Both the position numbers and the translations under genes were made by a program. From contig CBIHPZ010000001.1 in assembly GCA_966211865.1 (NCBI GenBank), positions 1 to 42,087 on the forward strand: a DNA stretch of 42,087 bases. Direction: 5' to 3'. Shown piece by piece: positions 1-8,539 of this stretch; positions within the stretch are counted from its first letter, which is position 1; every line of letters starts with the position of its first letter. The notes beneath the pieces are model-generated. The model was not told where the DNA came from, searched no databases, and saw only the letters and a program-made list of their open reading frames with translations. The stretch is from an uncultured Aquabacterium sp. GTDB taxonomy: Bacteria; Pseudomonadota; Gammaproteobacteria; Burkholderiales; Burkholderiaceae_C.

Positions 1-55
1 GCCACGCGTCTTTTCTTCGTTGGGCTGTGCTCGTGTGCATGGCCCTGATCTTCGT
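1..55. repeat. Terminal direct repeat (identical to 42033-42087); circular assembly overlap
   Basis: First 55 nt are identical to the last 55 nt. Confidence 0.97.
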
Positions 56-72
56 CAAGCCCGCGGCATTTC

Positions 73-105
73 TCCATGCCAACGCGCGCGCCGCGTTGGC
101 ATGGA
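73..105. promoter_or_regulatory. Perfect 14-bp inverted repeat upstream of the cII-like gene
   Basis: TCCATGCCAACGCG-cgcgc-CGCGTTGGCATGGA. Confidence 0.5.
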
Positions 106-127
106 CGTTCCCGCTGAAAGGTGATCG

Positions 128-610
128 ATGGACGTGAACATGGCGGCTTTCCGCCTGGTGCATGACGCGCCGGGCGGCGCCGCAGCCTTGGCGCCGGTGC
201 TGGGCAAGCGTGCGGACACGCTGTCGCACGAGGTGTCGCCCAACTACCCCAGCGCCAAGCTGGGCCTGGCCGACGCGGTGACGCTGAGCGAGTGGACGGG
301 CGACCGCCAGGTGCTCAACGCGTTCGCGGCCACCATGGGCTGCTGCGTGGTGCCGCTGGTGGCCGAGGTGCCGGGCGCGGAGGGCGCTGCAGCGTACACG
401 GCGGCACTGGCCAGCGAGTTCGGCGAGCTGATGGCGGCCTGCGCGGCCGGCCTGGCCGACGGCACGGTGACGGATAACGAGCGCGAGCGCATCGAGCGCG
501 AAGGCGCGGAGCTGATGTCCGCGCTGCAGCGCCTGCTGGGCGAGGTGCGGGCGATCAACCTCGCGGGCAAGCCGGCGCCGCCGGCCGAGACGCTGAAGGC
601 GGTGGCGTGA
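128..610 (+). CDS. Phage CII-like regulatory protein (CP76 family)
   Basis: PGGAAALAPVLGK..TL..EV.P....KLGL motif; lies between the cro region and replication genes. Confidence 0.75.
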   Translation: MDVNMAAFRLVHDAPGGAAALAPVLGKRADTLSHEVSPNYPSAKLGLADAVTLSEWTGDRQVLNAFAATMGCCVVPLVAEVPGAEGAAAYTAALASEFGELMAACAAGLADGTVTDNERERIEREGAELMSALQRLLGEVRAINLAGKPAPPAETLKAVA

Positions 611-1161
611 TGAGCGCGGTGTCGGCGTTGGAGGATCTGCGCGAGCGGTGCTTTGTGGAAGACGAGTCGGCCTGCTGGCTCTGGCGGGGTGCGTGCGATG
701 CCGGCGGCACTCCGATGGTGCGCGTGAAGGTCGGCATGTCGCTCCTGCTGCGTCCTGGCTCGCAGCCTGCTCGCCGTGTTGCTTGGGTGCTGAGCGAGAA
801 AGCCCTGCAGGCCGGTTGGACCGTGTGGCGCCACCTGTGCGATGAACCATCGTGCATCGCGCCTCACCATTCGAGGGCTGGCACGAAGTCAGAGTGGGGT
901 GCTGCGATGCGCGCCTCTGGACGAATGCGTGGGGATCCCAGGCGGTCGGCAGCCGCTAGCCGCGCCGCGCTGCGGAACCCAGCGACGTTGCCTGCAGCGG
1001 TGGTGCGGCAGATTGAGGCGGACCTGGCAGCCGGCACGCGCCGAGAGGCAGTGGCCGAACGCTACGGCTGCGGCCTGGGCACGATCAGTTCGATCAACTG
1101 CCGGCGCCATCCCCACCAGCGGCCGGGCGCACGCGGCGCGAGCGTCTTCCACCTGAAATGA
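607..1161 (+). CDS. HNH-like (possibly degenerate) nuclease with C-terminal HTH
   Basis: CWLWRG...RRVAW...HLCDEPSCIAPHH pattern; C-terminal REAVAERYGCGLGTISSI helix-turn-helix. Confidence 0.6.
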   Translation: MMSAVSALEDLRERCFVEDESACWLWRGACDAGGTPMVRVKVGMSLLLRPGSQPARRVAWVLSEKALQAGWTVWRHLCDEPSCIAPHHSRAGTKSEWGAAMRASGRMRGDPRRSAAASRAALRNPATLPAAVVRQIEADLAAGTRREAVAERYGCGLGTISSINCRRHPHQRPGARGASVFHLK

Positions 1162-2231
1162 GCGTCAAGATGACGTCGATGGTGTTCGACCGCTACCCGG
1201 TGGGCGGCCACGAGTACGTGCTGGCGCTGTGCGTGGCCGACCACGCGCACGACGACGGGCGCAAGGTGTTCCCGACGGTCGAGTCCCTGGCGCGCAAGAG
1301 CCGGCAGAGCGTGCGCGCCACGCAGATGCAGCTGCGACGCATGGAGCAGGACGGCTGGCTGCAGCTGGTCAACGCGGGCGACGGCGGCCGCGGGCTGGCG
1401 CGCGAGTACCGCATCAACCCCGATTGGGTGGCAGGGAAGGAACTGCCGGCCCACGTGGCGAGGGCTGCGGCGCGAGAGGCCGAAAAGCCGACTGAGCAAA
1501 AGGGTGCAGCAGATGCACCCTTTTCGGAGTCTGCTTCGCCTGTGGATAACTCGGCAGAAAAGGGTGCAGCAGATGCACCCATTTCGCCAAAAGGGTGCAT
1601 ATCGACGCAAAAAAGGGTGCACCGGGATGCACCCGCAGATAACCGTAAAGAACCATCATCTTTAAATCCCCCCATACCCCCCTTTGCAAGGGGGGCAGGC
1701 CCGTCGGACAGAGTCCCGAAGGCGGAAGAGGGAGCGGCGCCACGGCCGGTGGAGCTCAAAGCCTGGCTGGCCGAGTGCAAGGCCGAAGGGCAGAAGCCCA
1801 TCCCGGACGATGACCCCGTGCGGGCCTATGCGCAGTCCGTGGGCTTGGGACAGGAACTGCTGCTGCTGTGCTGGCGCGAGTTCCTGCGGCGCTGGGCACG
1901 CAGCTCGAAGCGGCGCAGCGACTGGCGTCAGACCTTCCGCGATTGCGTGGAGCGTAACGCCTATTCGCTGTGGTACGTGGAGGCGGACGGGCGCTTCGTG
2001 CTGTCGAACCGGGGGCGCCAGGCCCAGGCTGCGCATGCTGCGGCGCCGGCTGCCGAGGGCGAGCCGATGGTGTGGTCCGACGACGTGAAGGCGGTGCAGG
2101 CCATCGGCGAGGCCATGGGCCTGGGTCGGTGGGATCGGGCAGCTTGGGAGCGAGGGCAGGGGCCGGATTGGCTCAGCTACCGGGCCAAGGTGCGTGCGGC
2201 GTTCGATCGACGAGAGGGAGGTGGGGAATGA
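1158..2231 (+). CDS. Replication initiator protein (N-terminal winged HTH, lambda O-like organisation)
   Basis: MSVKM...LALCVADHAHDDG..FPTVESLARK..QSVRATQ N-terminus; contains internal iterons. Confidence 0.75.
   Translation: MSVKMTSMVFDRYPVGGHEYVLALCVADHAHDDGRKVFPTVESLARKSRQSVRATQMQLRRMEQDGWLQLVNAGDGGRGLAREYRINPDWVAGKELPAHVARAAAREAEKPTEQKGAADAPFSESASPVDNSAEKGAADAPISPKGCISTQKRVHRDAPADNRKEPSSLNPPIPPFARGAGPSDRVPKAEEGAAPRPVELKAWLAECKAEGQKPIPDDDPVRAYAQSVGLGQELLLLCWREFLRRWARSSKRRSDWRQTFRDCVERNAYSLWYVEADGRFVLSNRGRQAQAAHAAAPAAEGEPMVWSDDVKAVQAIGEAMGLGRWDRAAWERGQGPDWLSYRAKVRAAFDRREGGGE
1498..1665. repeat. Putative replication origin: four AAAAGGGTGCA iterons, three paired with inverted TGCACCC, then an AT-rich patch
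   Basis: Copies start at 1498, 1558, 1589 and 1611 inside the initiator gene; ATCATCTTTAAAT follows. Confidence 0.7.
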
Positions 2232-2980
2232 TCCGGTTGACGGTGAGCGGGCTGGATGCGGCCACGGCGCGGCTGGTGGCGGCGGCCAAGCAGGTGCCCT
2301 TCGCGGCCTCCAGGGCGCTCAACGACGTCGCTGGGCAGATCGTCACGGTAGAGCGGGGCGTGATGCGCTCGGTGTTCGATCGCCCCACGGCCTACACGTT
2401 GAACGCCCTCCGCATCGAGCCGGCCACGAAGCGCAGCCTCGTGGCCACGGTGCTGGCGAAGGACAGCGAGGGCGCGGAGCGCAGCGCTGGCAACTGGCTG
2501 GCGCCCGAGGCCTTCGGCGGCGTGCGCCGGCTGAAGGCATTCGAGCGTTCGCTGCAGGCCGCGGGCGTGCTGCCTGCCGGCATGGCGGTGGTGCCCGCCG
2601 CGGGTGCCAGGCTGGATGCGTTCGGGAACTGGTCGCGCGCCCACATGAACGCGGTCTTGGTGTCGATGCGCCTGGCTGGCACCGCCGTCGCGGCGCGCCG
2701 GATCGACCGGCTGAAGGCGAAGGACGCTGCGCGCAAGCGGGCGCTGCCGACGCGGTACTTCGTCGTGCGCGAGCAGCAGGGCGAACTGGAGCCCGGCATC
2801 TACGAGCGCAAGGGCACGCGATTCGGCGAGGGCGTGCGGCCGGTGGTGATCTTCACCAAGAGCGTGCCGGTCTACCGCCGGCGCTTCCCGTTCGTCGAAG
2901 TGGCGCAGCGCGTGGCGAACAAGCAGCTCGGCCCGACGTTCGACCGCATGCTGGCCGAGGCGCTGGCGACCGCGCGATGA
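2228..2980 (+). CDS. Conserved phage protein (gpZ/minor-tail-like)
   Basis: ATGA overlap with the initiator; KQVPFAASRALN...VFDRPT.YTLNA motif common upstream of cos/terminase. Confidence 0.5.
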   Translation: MIRLTVSGLDAATARLVAAAKQVPFAASRALNDVAGQIVTVERGVMRSVFDRPTAYTLNALRIEPATKRSLVATVLAKDSEGAERSAGNWLAPEAFGGVRRLKAFERSLQAAGVLPAGMAVVPAAGARLDAFGNWSRAHMNAVLVSMRLAGTAVAARRIDRLKAKDAARKRALPTRYFVVREQQGELEPGIYERKGTRFGEGVRPVVIFTKSVPVYRRRFPFVEVAQRVANKQLGPTFDRMLAEALATAR

Positions 2981-3060
2981 CCGGCTGCACCCACGCCCGT
3001 CCGGCCTGCCGCCCCTCCCCGGTGCGCCTCGCCATCGCGGAACGCGTACCCGAGGTTCGC

Positions 3061-3105
3061 GGGTCCTTCCCAGGGGGGTGCCGCGCGGGTAATTCGGACC
3101 CCGTG
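3061..3105 (+). other. Putative cos region (cosQ-like GGGTCCT followed by imperfect dyad GGGT-AATTCGG-ACCC)
   Basis: GGGTCCT at 3061-3067 matches lambda cosQ; intergenic, just upstream of the small terminase. Confidence 0.45.
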
Positions 3106-3140
3106 CGCGCGCTAGTCATGGGGTGCCATGGGGGGGTTAA

Positions 3141-3629
3141 GTGAAGGTGCTCCCTGTGCTGGCGCAGGACATCGCCCAGGCCGAGTTCGCGCTCATGACC
3201 GGCATCAGCGAGGCGCGAGTGAGCCAGCTGCTCGACGAAGGCGTGCTGGCCCGCGGCGCCACGGCGGCTGAATGGCTGATCGCCTACTGCCGGCACCTGC
3301 GCGAGCAGGCGGCGGGCCGTGCCGGCACGCTGGCCGAGACGCGCGCCGCGCTCGACAACGAACGGCGCATCGAAATCGCGATGCGCAACGCGATCAAGCG
3401 CAAGGAATACGCGCCGGTGGGCGCCATCGCCGAGGTGCTGGCCAAGGTGGGGCGCCAGGCGGCCGGCATCCTCGAGGCCCTGACGCCGGCCATCCGGCTT
3501 CGGTGGCCCGATGTGTCGTCTGAGCAGCTGCGGCTGGTGGACGCTGAGGTGGCCAGGGCGCGCAACCGCATCGCGGCAATCTCCCTCGACGACCTGGTCG
3601 ACAAGGAAGAGCAGGAGGGTGGCGGCTGA
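3141..3629 (+). CDS. Terminase small subunit (Nu1-like)
   Basis: N-terminal HTH (QAEFALMTGISEARVSQL) and coiled coil; precedes the large terminase. Confidence 0.8.
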   Translation: MKVLPVLAQDIAQAEFALMTGISEARVSQLLDEGVLARGATAAEWLIAYCRHLREQAAGRAGTLAETRAALDNERRIEIAMRNAIKRKEYAPVGAIAEVLAKVGRQAAGILEALTPAIRLRWPDVSSEQLRLVDAEVARARNRIAAISLDDLVDKEEQEGGG

Positions 3630-5731
3630 TGCACGACGACCTGCGCTTGGCGATGCAGGAGACGCCCGAGCTGCGGGCCGAGGTGGAGGATGCCATCCGC
3701 CGCGGCCTGGACGCGGTTGCCGTGCCGGAGCCGATGCGGGCCAGCGAGTGGGCGGACAAGCACTTCTATCTCTCGGCCGAGAGCAGCTATGTGGAAGGGT
3801 CCTGGCGCACCTGGCCGTTCCAGCGGGCCATCCTCGATTGCATGGGGCACGACGACATCCGCAGCGTCACCTTCCGCAAGTCCGCTCGCGTGGGCTACAC
3901 CAAGATGCTGTTGGCCTGCGTGGGGTACTTCGCCGAGCACAAGCGACGAAACCAGGTCGTCTATCAGCCGACCGACGATGACGCCGACGACTGGGTGAAG
4001 ACCGAGCTGGATACCATGCTTCGCGACGTGAAGATCATGGCCAAGGTGCTGCCGCAGTTCGCGCGCCGGGCCAAGGAAAACACGCTGCGCCAGAAGACCT
4101 TCCTGGGCTCGAAGCTGCACATGCGCGGCGGGAAGGCGGGCAAGAACTATCGCCGTCTCACTGCGGACGTCGTCATCCTCGATGAGCTCGACGGCTTCGA
4201 CCGCGACATCGAGAAGGAAGGCAGCCCCACCAAGCTCAGTGCCAAGCGCCTGGAAGGCGCGCTGTTCCCCAAGCACATCAAGGGCAGCACGCCGAAGCTG
4301 ACCGGCTTCAGCCTAACGGACGAAGAGCACGACGCCGCGGACCTCCAGTTCCGCTTCTACGTGCCGTGCGTGCATTGCGGCCGTCGCCACACGCTCGAAT
4401 GGGGCGGCAAGAACGCGGCGCACGGCTTCAAGTGGCCGCGCGGCGAGCCAGACAGCGTGGTGCACATCTGCCAGCACTGCGGGGTCGGTGAGACCCAGGC
4501 CGACTACCTGTCGGTGTGGGAGCAAGGCCGCTGGGAGACCACCGACGGCATCTGGATTGATGCCGAGTGCCGCTTCCACAGCCCGGCCGGCCACGAGATA
4601 CCGGCGCCCGCGTCGGTCGCGTTCGCGGTGTGGACTGCGTATTCCCCCCAGGCCACCTGGGCCTCCATCGTCACGGAATTCCTGCTGGCCGCCAAGCTGC
4701 TGAAGGCGGGCGACCACACCGCGATGAAGACGTGGACCAACACCACGAAGGGGGAATCGTTCAAGCTGGAAGGGGCGAAGACCAATGCCGACGTGCTGCG
4801 CGAGCGGGCCAAGGCTGAGACCTATCGCATGCGCCTGGTGCCGCGCGGTGGGCTGGTGCTGGCCGCCGGCGTCGACGTGCAGGACAACCGCTTCGAAATC
4901 GTCACGTGGGCGGCGGGTCGCGATGATGAGCGCTGGGCGATCGACTACCGCGTGATGCCGTGCGACCCAGGGCAGTGGCAGAGCTGGCTCAAGCTCGATG
5001 CCTACCTGCAGACCCGCTTCCCGCACGAAGGCGGGCAGACCCTCGCCATTGACGTCGTCGCGATCGACTCCGGCGGCCACTACACCCACGACGTCTACCG
5101 CTACGCCATGATGCGAGAGGGCCGCCGGGTGCACGCCACGCACGGCAGCACGAAGGCCGCGCAGCCCATCGTGGCCGGCGCGCCGTCGAAGAAGGATGTC
5201 AACCTGGACGGCCAGGTGGTGCGCGACGGCGTGAAGCTGTGGTCGGTCGGTACCGAAACGGCCAAGGACCTGATATTCAACCGGCTGCGCATCGCCCAGC
5301 CGGGCCCCGGCTTCATGCACATGACGCGTCAATTGGGCGATACGTTCTTCGACCAGTTGGTGGCGGAAGAGCGCCTCGAGCAGCGCACTGCGCGCGGCAT
5401 GGTGTGGCGCTGGGTGAAGCCCAAGAGCAACACGCGGAATGAGGTGCTCGATTGCACCGTGCTGGCTGAATTCTGCTTTGCGCGCATGAAGCTCCACCAG
5501 TACACCGATGCCGAGTGGCGCGCACTGGAGAACGCGCTGTGTCCGCCCACGGCGGACCTGTTCGCGGCCATCTCCATCGAGCCTCTGCCGGCGCCGGTTG
5601 ATGATCCAGTCGCGCCGGGCCCGGCTGCGCCTGTCGTGGCTTCCGCGCAGGCAGTGGATGTGCCGGCGGAAATGCCGCCGCTGTGGGCGCTGCCGCGCGG
5701 CCGGCGAGTGCGTGGAGGTGCAGTCGCATGA
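3629..5731 (+). CDS. Terminase large subunit (lambda gpA family)
   Basis: KSARVGYTKML Walker A, VILDELD Walker B, GSTPK, AGVDVQ, IDSGG and NEVLDC motifs. Confidence 0.95.
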   Translation: MHDDLRLAMQETPELRAEVEDAIRRGLDAVAVPEPMRASEWADKHFYLSAESSYVEGSWRTWPFQRAILDCMGHDDIRSVTFRKSARVGYTKMLLACVGYFAEHKRRNQVVYQPTDDDADDWVKTELDTMLRDVKIMAKVLPQFARRAKENTLRQKTFLGSKLHMRGGKAGKNYRRLTADVVILDELDGFDRDIEKEGSPTKLSAKRLEGALFPKHIKGSTPKLTGFSLTDEEHDAADLQFRFYVPCVHCGRRHTLEWGGKNAAHGFKWPRGEPDSVVHICQHCGVGETQADYLSVWEQGRWETTDGIWIDAECRFHSPAGHEIPAPASVAFAVWTAYSPQATWASIVTEFLLAAKLLKAGDHTAMKTWTNTTKGESFKLEGAKTNADVLRERAKAETYRMRLVPRGGLVLAAGVDVQDNRFEIVTWAAGRDDERWAIDYRVMPCDPGQWQSWLKLDAYLQTRFPHEGGQTLAIDVVAIDSGGHYTHDVYRYAMMREGRRVHATHGSTKAAQPIVAGAPSKKDVNLDGQVVRDGVKLWSVGTETAKDLIFNRLRIAQPGPGFMHMTRQLGDTFFDQLVAEERLEQRTARGMVWRWVKPKSNTRNEVLDCTVLAEFCFARMKLHQYTDAEWRALENALCPPTADLFAAISIEPLPAPVDDPVAPGPAAPVVASAQAVDVPAEMPPLWALPRGRRVRGGAVA

Positions 5732-6039
5732 GCGACCAGACATCCGATGACGTGCAGCGGCTGGTCGAGCTGCTGTCCCGCTGCATTGGTGGCTTCGATG
5801 AGCAGATGGCGATGGTCGTGGAAGACCAGATCCGCGGCGAGTTCGGCGGCGCGGCCATCTACATCGCGCGCGAGCGCTGGGCCGACAAGCGCGGCCGCGA
5901 TGAAAGCATCCGCGCTGCTGCGTCCGCTGGCCGCAGCATCGCCTGGATCGCGGCCAGGTTCGTGCTGAGCCGCACCCAGGTGTGGCGCATCCTGGCTGAG
6001 GGCCAACACCAGCGCGGCGAGGGCGCCGACACCCGCTGA
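5728..6039 (+). CDS. Mor/C-family transcription activator
   Basis: EFGGAAIYI motif and C-terminal HTH (IAWIAARFVLSRTQVWRIL). Confidence 0.75.
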   Translation: MSDQTSDDVQRLVELLSRCIGGFDEQMAMVVEDQIRGEFGGAAIYIARERWADKRGRDESIRAAASAGRSIAWIAARFVLSRTQVWRILAEGQHQRGEGADTR

Positions 6040-6049
6040 GCAGGCCGCG

Positions 6050-6104
6050 CGAACTGTTCCGTTCTTGGTGGAAACGGAACAGTGGCCCCCTGCATCCTGT
6101 GGGC
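6050..6104 (+). promoter_or_regulatory. Late promoter 1: 33-bp palindromic activator site plus -10 (CATCCT), leaderless geometry
   Basis: CGAACTGTTCCGTTCTTGGTGGAAACGGAACAG, identical to 11869-11901; 22 nt between the site and the ATG. Confidence 0.7.
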
Positions 6105-6335
6105 ATGCCCGGCATCACCCTCGCCCAAGCCCAGGCCGCGCTCGACGCCGCCATGGCCGCCCACGCAGCCATCCTCACCGGCGGCACCGAGTTCCGCATG
6201 AACGACCGCATGGTCAAGTGCCCGCCGCTCAGTGAGGTGATGGACAGCATCAGGGTCTGGCAGGCCGAGGTGCAACGGCTCAGCGCCGGCATCACCTCGC
6301 GCGGCCCGCGCGTGTTCGGCGCCTCGATCGGGTGA
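6105..6335 (+). CDS. Head-tail joining protein (gpW-like)
   Basis: Small helical protein directly before the portal, in the lambda W position. Confidence 0.7.
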   Translation: MPGITLAQAQAALDAAMAAHAAILTGGTEFRMNDRMVKCPPLSEVMDSIRVWQAEVQRLSAGITSRGPRVFGASIG

Positions 6336-7987
6336 CCGCGGTGGGCACCAAGTCCATCAAGATCGGCCGCGACACGCTGCAGGTGAACTGGAGCGCACTG
6401 GACCGCGTCATTGAGCACGTCGCCCCGGTGTGGGCCGGCCGCCGCCTGCAGGCCCGCGTAGGCCATGCACTCACCGCGCAGCTCGGCGGGTACAACGGCG
6501 CAAGCCGCTCACGTCGCAGCCTGGCCGGCTGGAATGCCACGCCGGGCGACGCAGATTCCGATGCGCTGCCCGACCTGCCAGACCTGCGTGCGCGCAGCGC
6601 CGACCTGGTGCGCAATGCTCCCGTGGCCGGCGGCGCGATCAACACCACCGTGACCCACGCGGTTGGCACCGGTCTCAGCCTCCAGGCCGGCATCGACGCA
6701 GACCTGCTCGGGATGGATGACGACGCGGCCGACCAGTGGCAGCAAGACGTCGAGCGGAAATTCAACGCGTGGTGGGAGACCACCGACTGCGACATCACCC
6801 GCACGCAGAACGGGTACGGCCTGCAGGATCTTTCGCTGCGCAGCGAGCTGGTGCGCGGCGACTGCTTCGCGGTGCTGACGCAGGCCGATTGGGCGCCCGG
6901 CCCGGTGAAGCTTGCGGTGCAGCTCATCGAGGCCGATCGCGCATGCAACCCCGACCGCGCGGCGGACACCGAGCGCCTCGTGGCCGGCGTCGAACTCGAC
7001 ACCGCCGGCGCGCCGGTGGCCTATCACTTCGCCAGCAGCAACCCCTATCGGCGCGCGACGGGCAGGGCGGCAAAGCTCACCTGGCGCCGCATCGAGGCCT
7101 TCGGCGCGCGCACTGGCCGCCGCAATGTGCTGCACCTCTACGACCGCGACCGCATCGGCCTCACGCGCGGCGTGCCGATGATCGCGCCCGTCATCGAGCC
7201 GCTGAAGCAGCTGGAGCGCTACACCGAGGCCGAGCTCATGGCGGCGGTGGTGAGCGGCATGTTCACCGTCTTCATCGAGACCGAAGGCACCACCACCATG
7301 CAGCCGTCCGCGCTGCAGGCGCCGCAGCAGCAGGCTGCGCCGTCGTCGGGCGGGTGGGACGGCAAGCTGGGCAACGGCCTGGTGGTGGAGCTGGGCCGCG
7401 GCGAAAAGATCAACTCGGCGAACCCTGGCCGGCCCAACGCCCAGTTCGACCCGTTCGTCAACGCCATCATTCGGCAGATCGGGATGATGCTCGGCATCCC
7501 GCACGAGGTGCTGGTCAAGCACTACACCTCGAGCTACAGCGCGGCGCGGGCGGCCATGCTCGATGCCTGGCGGTACTTCCGCACCAGGCGCGACCGCCAC
7601 GCCACCTATTTCTGCGCGCCGATCTACGAGGCCTGGCTTGATGAAGCCGTGGCCACCGGCTACGTCCGCGCCCCGGGCTACTTCGCATCGCCGCTGATCC
7701 GGCGCGCCTGGCTTGGCCACACGTGGATCGGCGACGGCCCCGGTTCGCTTGACCCGGTGAAAGACGTCAAGGCCGCCGAGAGCCGCATCGCGCTGCGCAT
7801 CAGCACGCACGAGGCCGAGAGCATCTTGCACGACGGCGGAAAGCTGCGTCCAAAGCTGAAGAAGTTGGCGCGCGAGCTGCGCCTCATGCGCGAACTCGAT
7901 GTCGCGCCGGTGCCTGCCGGCCCGCAGCCCGTGGAGCGAGCGCCGCCCCCCGCGCCCGACCCGCCGGAAGGCGACGACGAAGAGTGA
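6332..7987 (+). CDS. Portal protein (lambda family)
   Basis: LRARSADLVRN, QLIEADR, RGVP..APVI, YSAARAAMLDAWR and LDPVKDVKA motifs. Confidence 0.95.
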   Translation: MTAVGTKSIKIGRDTLQVNWSALDRVIEHVAPVWAGRRLQARVGHALTAQLGGYNGASRSRRSLAGWNATPGDADSDALPDLPDLRARSADLVRNAPVAGGAINTTVTHAVGTGLSLQAGIDADLLGMDDDAADQWQQDVERKFNAWWETTDCDITRTQNGYGLQDLSLRSELVRGDCFAVLTQADWAPGPVKLAVQLIEADRACNPDRAADTERLVAGVELDTAGAPVAYHFASSNPYRRATGRAAKLTWRRIEAFGARTGRRNVLHLYDRDRIGLTRGVPMIAPVIEPLKQLERYTEAELMAAVVSGMFTVFIETEGTTTMQPSALQAPQQQAAPSSGGWDGKLGNGLVVELGRGEKINSANPGRPNAQFDPFVNAIIRQIGMMLGIPHEVLVKHYTSSYSAARAAMLDAWRYFRTRRDRHATYFCAPIYEAWLDEAVATGYVRAPGYFASPLIRRAWLGHTWIGDGPGSLDPVKDVKAAESRIALRISTHEAESILHDGGKLRPKLKKLARELRLMRELDVAPVPAGPQPVERAPPPAPDPPEGDDEE

Positions 7988-8033
7988 CCCGCGGTCCCCA
8001 CCCAGTTGCAACCCCTCCTCGAAAGAACCACCC

Positions 8034-8525
8034 ATGAAGCCGTTTTCCCGATTGATGTCTTCCGCCCGCGCGCTCGCGCTGTCCTTCGCGTTGGGCCTGG
8101 CGCTCATCAGCTCCCTGGTGGCGCCGCCGGCCGCCAATGCGGCGCTGACGCTCAGCACCGTCGCCCGCTCGGACATGATGTCCGCGCTGCTGCCGCACCT
8201 CGCCGGCGGCACCATCAAGCTGTACAGCGGAAGCAAGCCGGCGTCGCTCGGCACGCCCAGCGGCACGCTGCTGGCGACGCTGACGATGGGCAGCCCGGCG
8301 GGCACCGTGAGCGGCGGTGTGCTCACGATCGGCTCGGTGACGCAGAGCAACGGCTCCCACGTCAACGGCACGCCGACCTTCATCAGGTTCAGCACCAGCG
8401 GCGGCACCGCCGTTGCGGACATCGACATCGCCGCAGGCGCTGGAAACGTCCAGTTCACGGGCACTGTCGTAACTGGCCAGAACGTCACGGTTACCGGCCT
8501 GACGCTCACCGCGCCTAACAGCTGA
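8034..8525 (+). CDS. Beta-rich virion-type protein with apparent N-terminal signal peptide
   Basis: Basic N-terminus, hydrophobic core and ANA-A site; body GTIKLYSGSKPA...GTLLATLT resembles phage structural proteins. Confidence 0.55.
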   Translation: MKPFSRLMSSARALALSFALGLALISSLVAPPAANAALTLSTVARSDMMSALLPHLAGGTIKLYSGSKPASLGTPSGTLLATLTMGSPAGTVSGGVLTIGSVTQSNGSHVNGTPTFIRFSTSGGTAVADIDIAAGAGNVQFTGTVVTGQNVTVTGLTLTAPNS

Positions 8526-8539
8526 TCGGGGCGGCAGCC

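Noticed and set aside
1..55. Biological terminal repeat
   Set aside because: 55 nt equals a common assembler k-mer, and the gpA-type terminase implies cos ends elsewhere
6050..6082. Rho-independent terminator
   Set aside because: No U-tract; exact duplication and fixed spacing to -10 and ATG fit an activator site better
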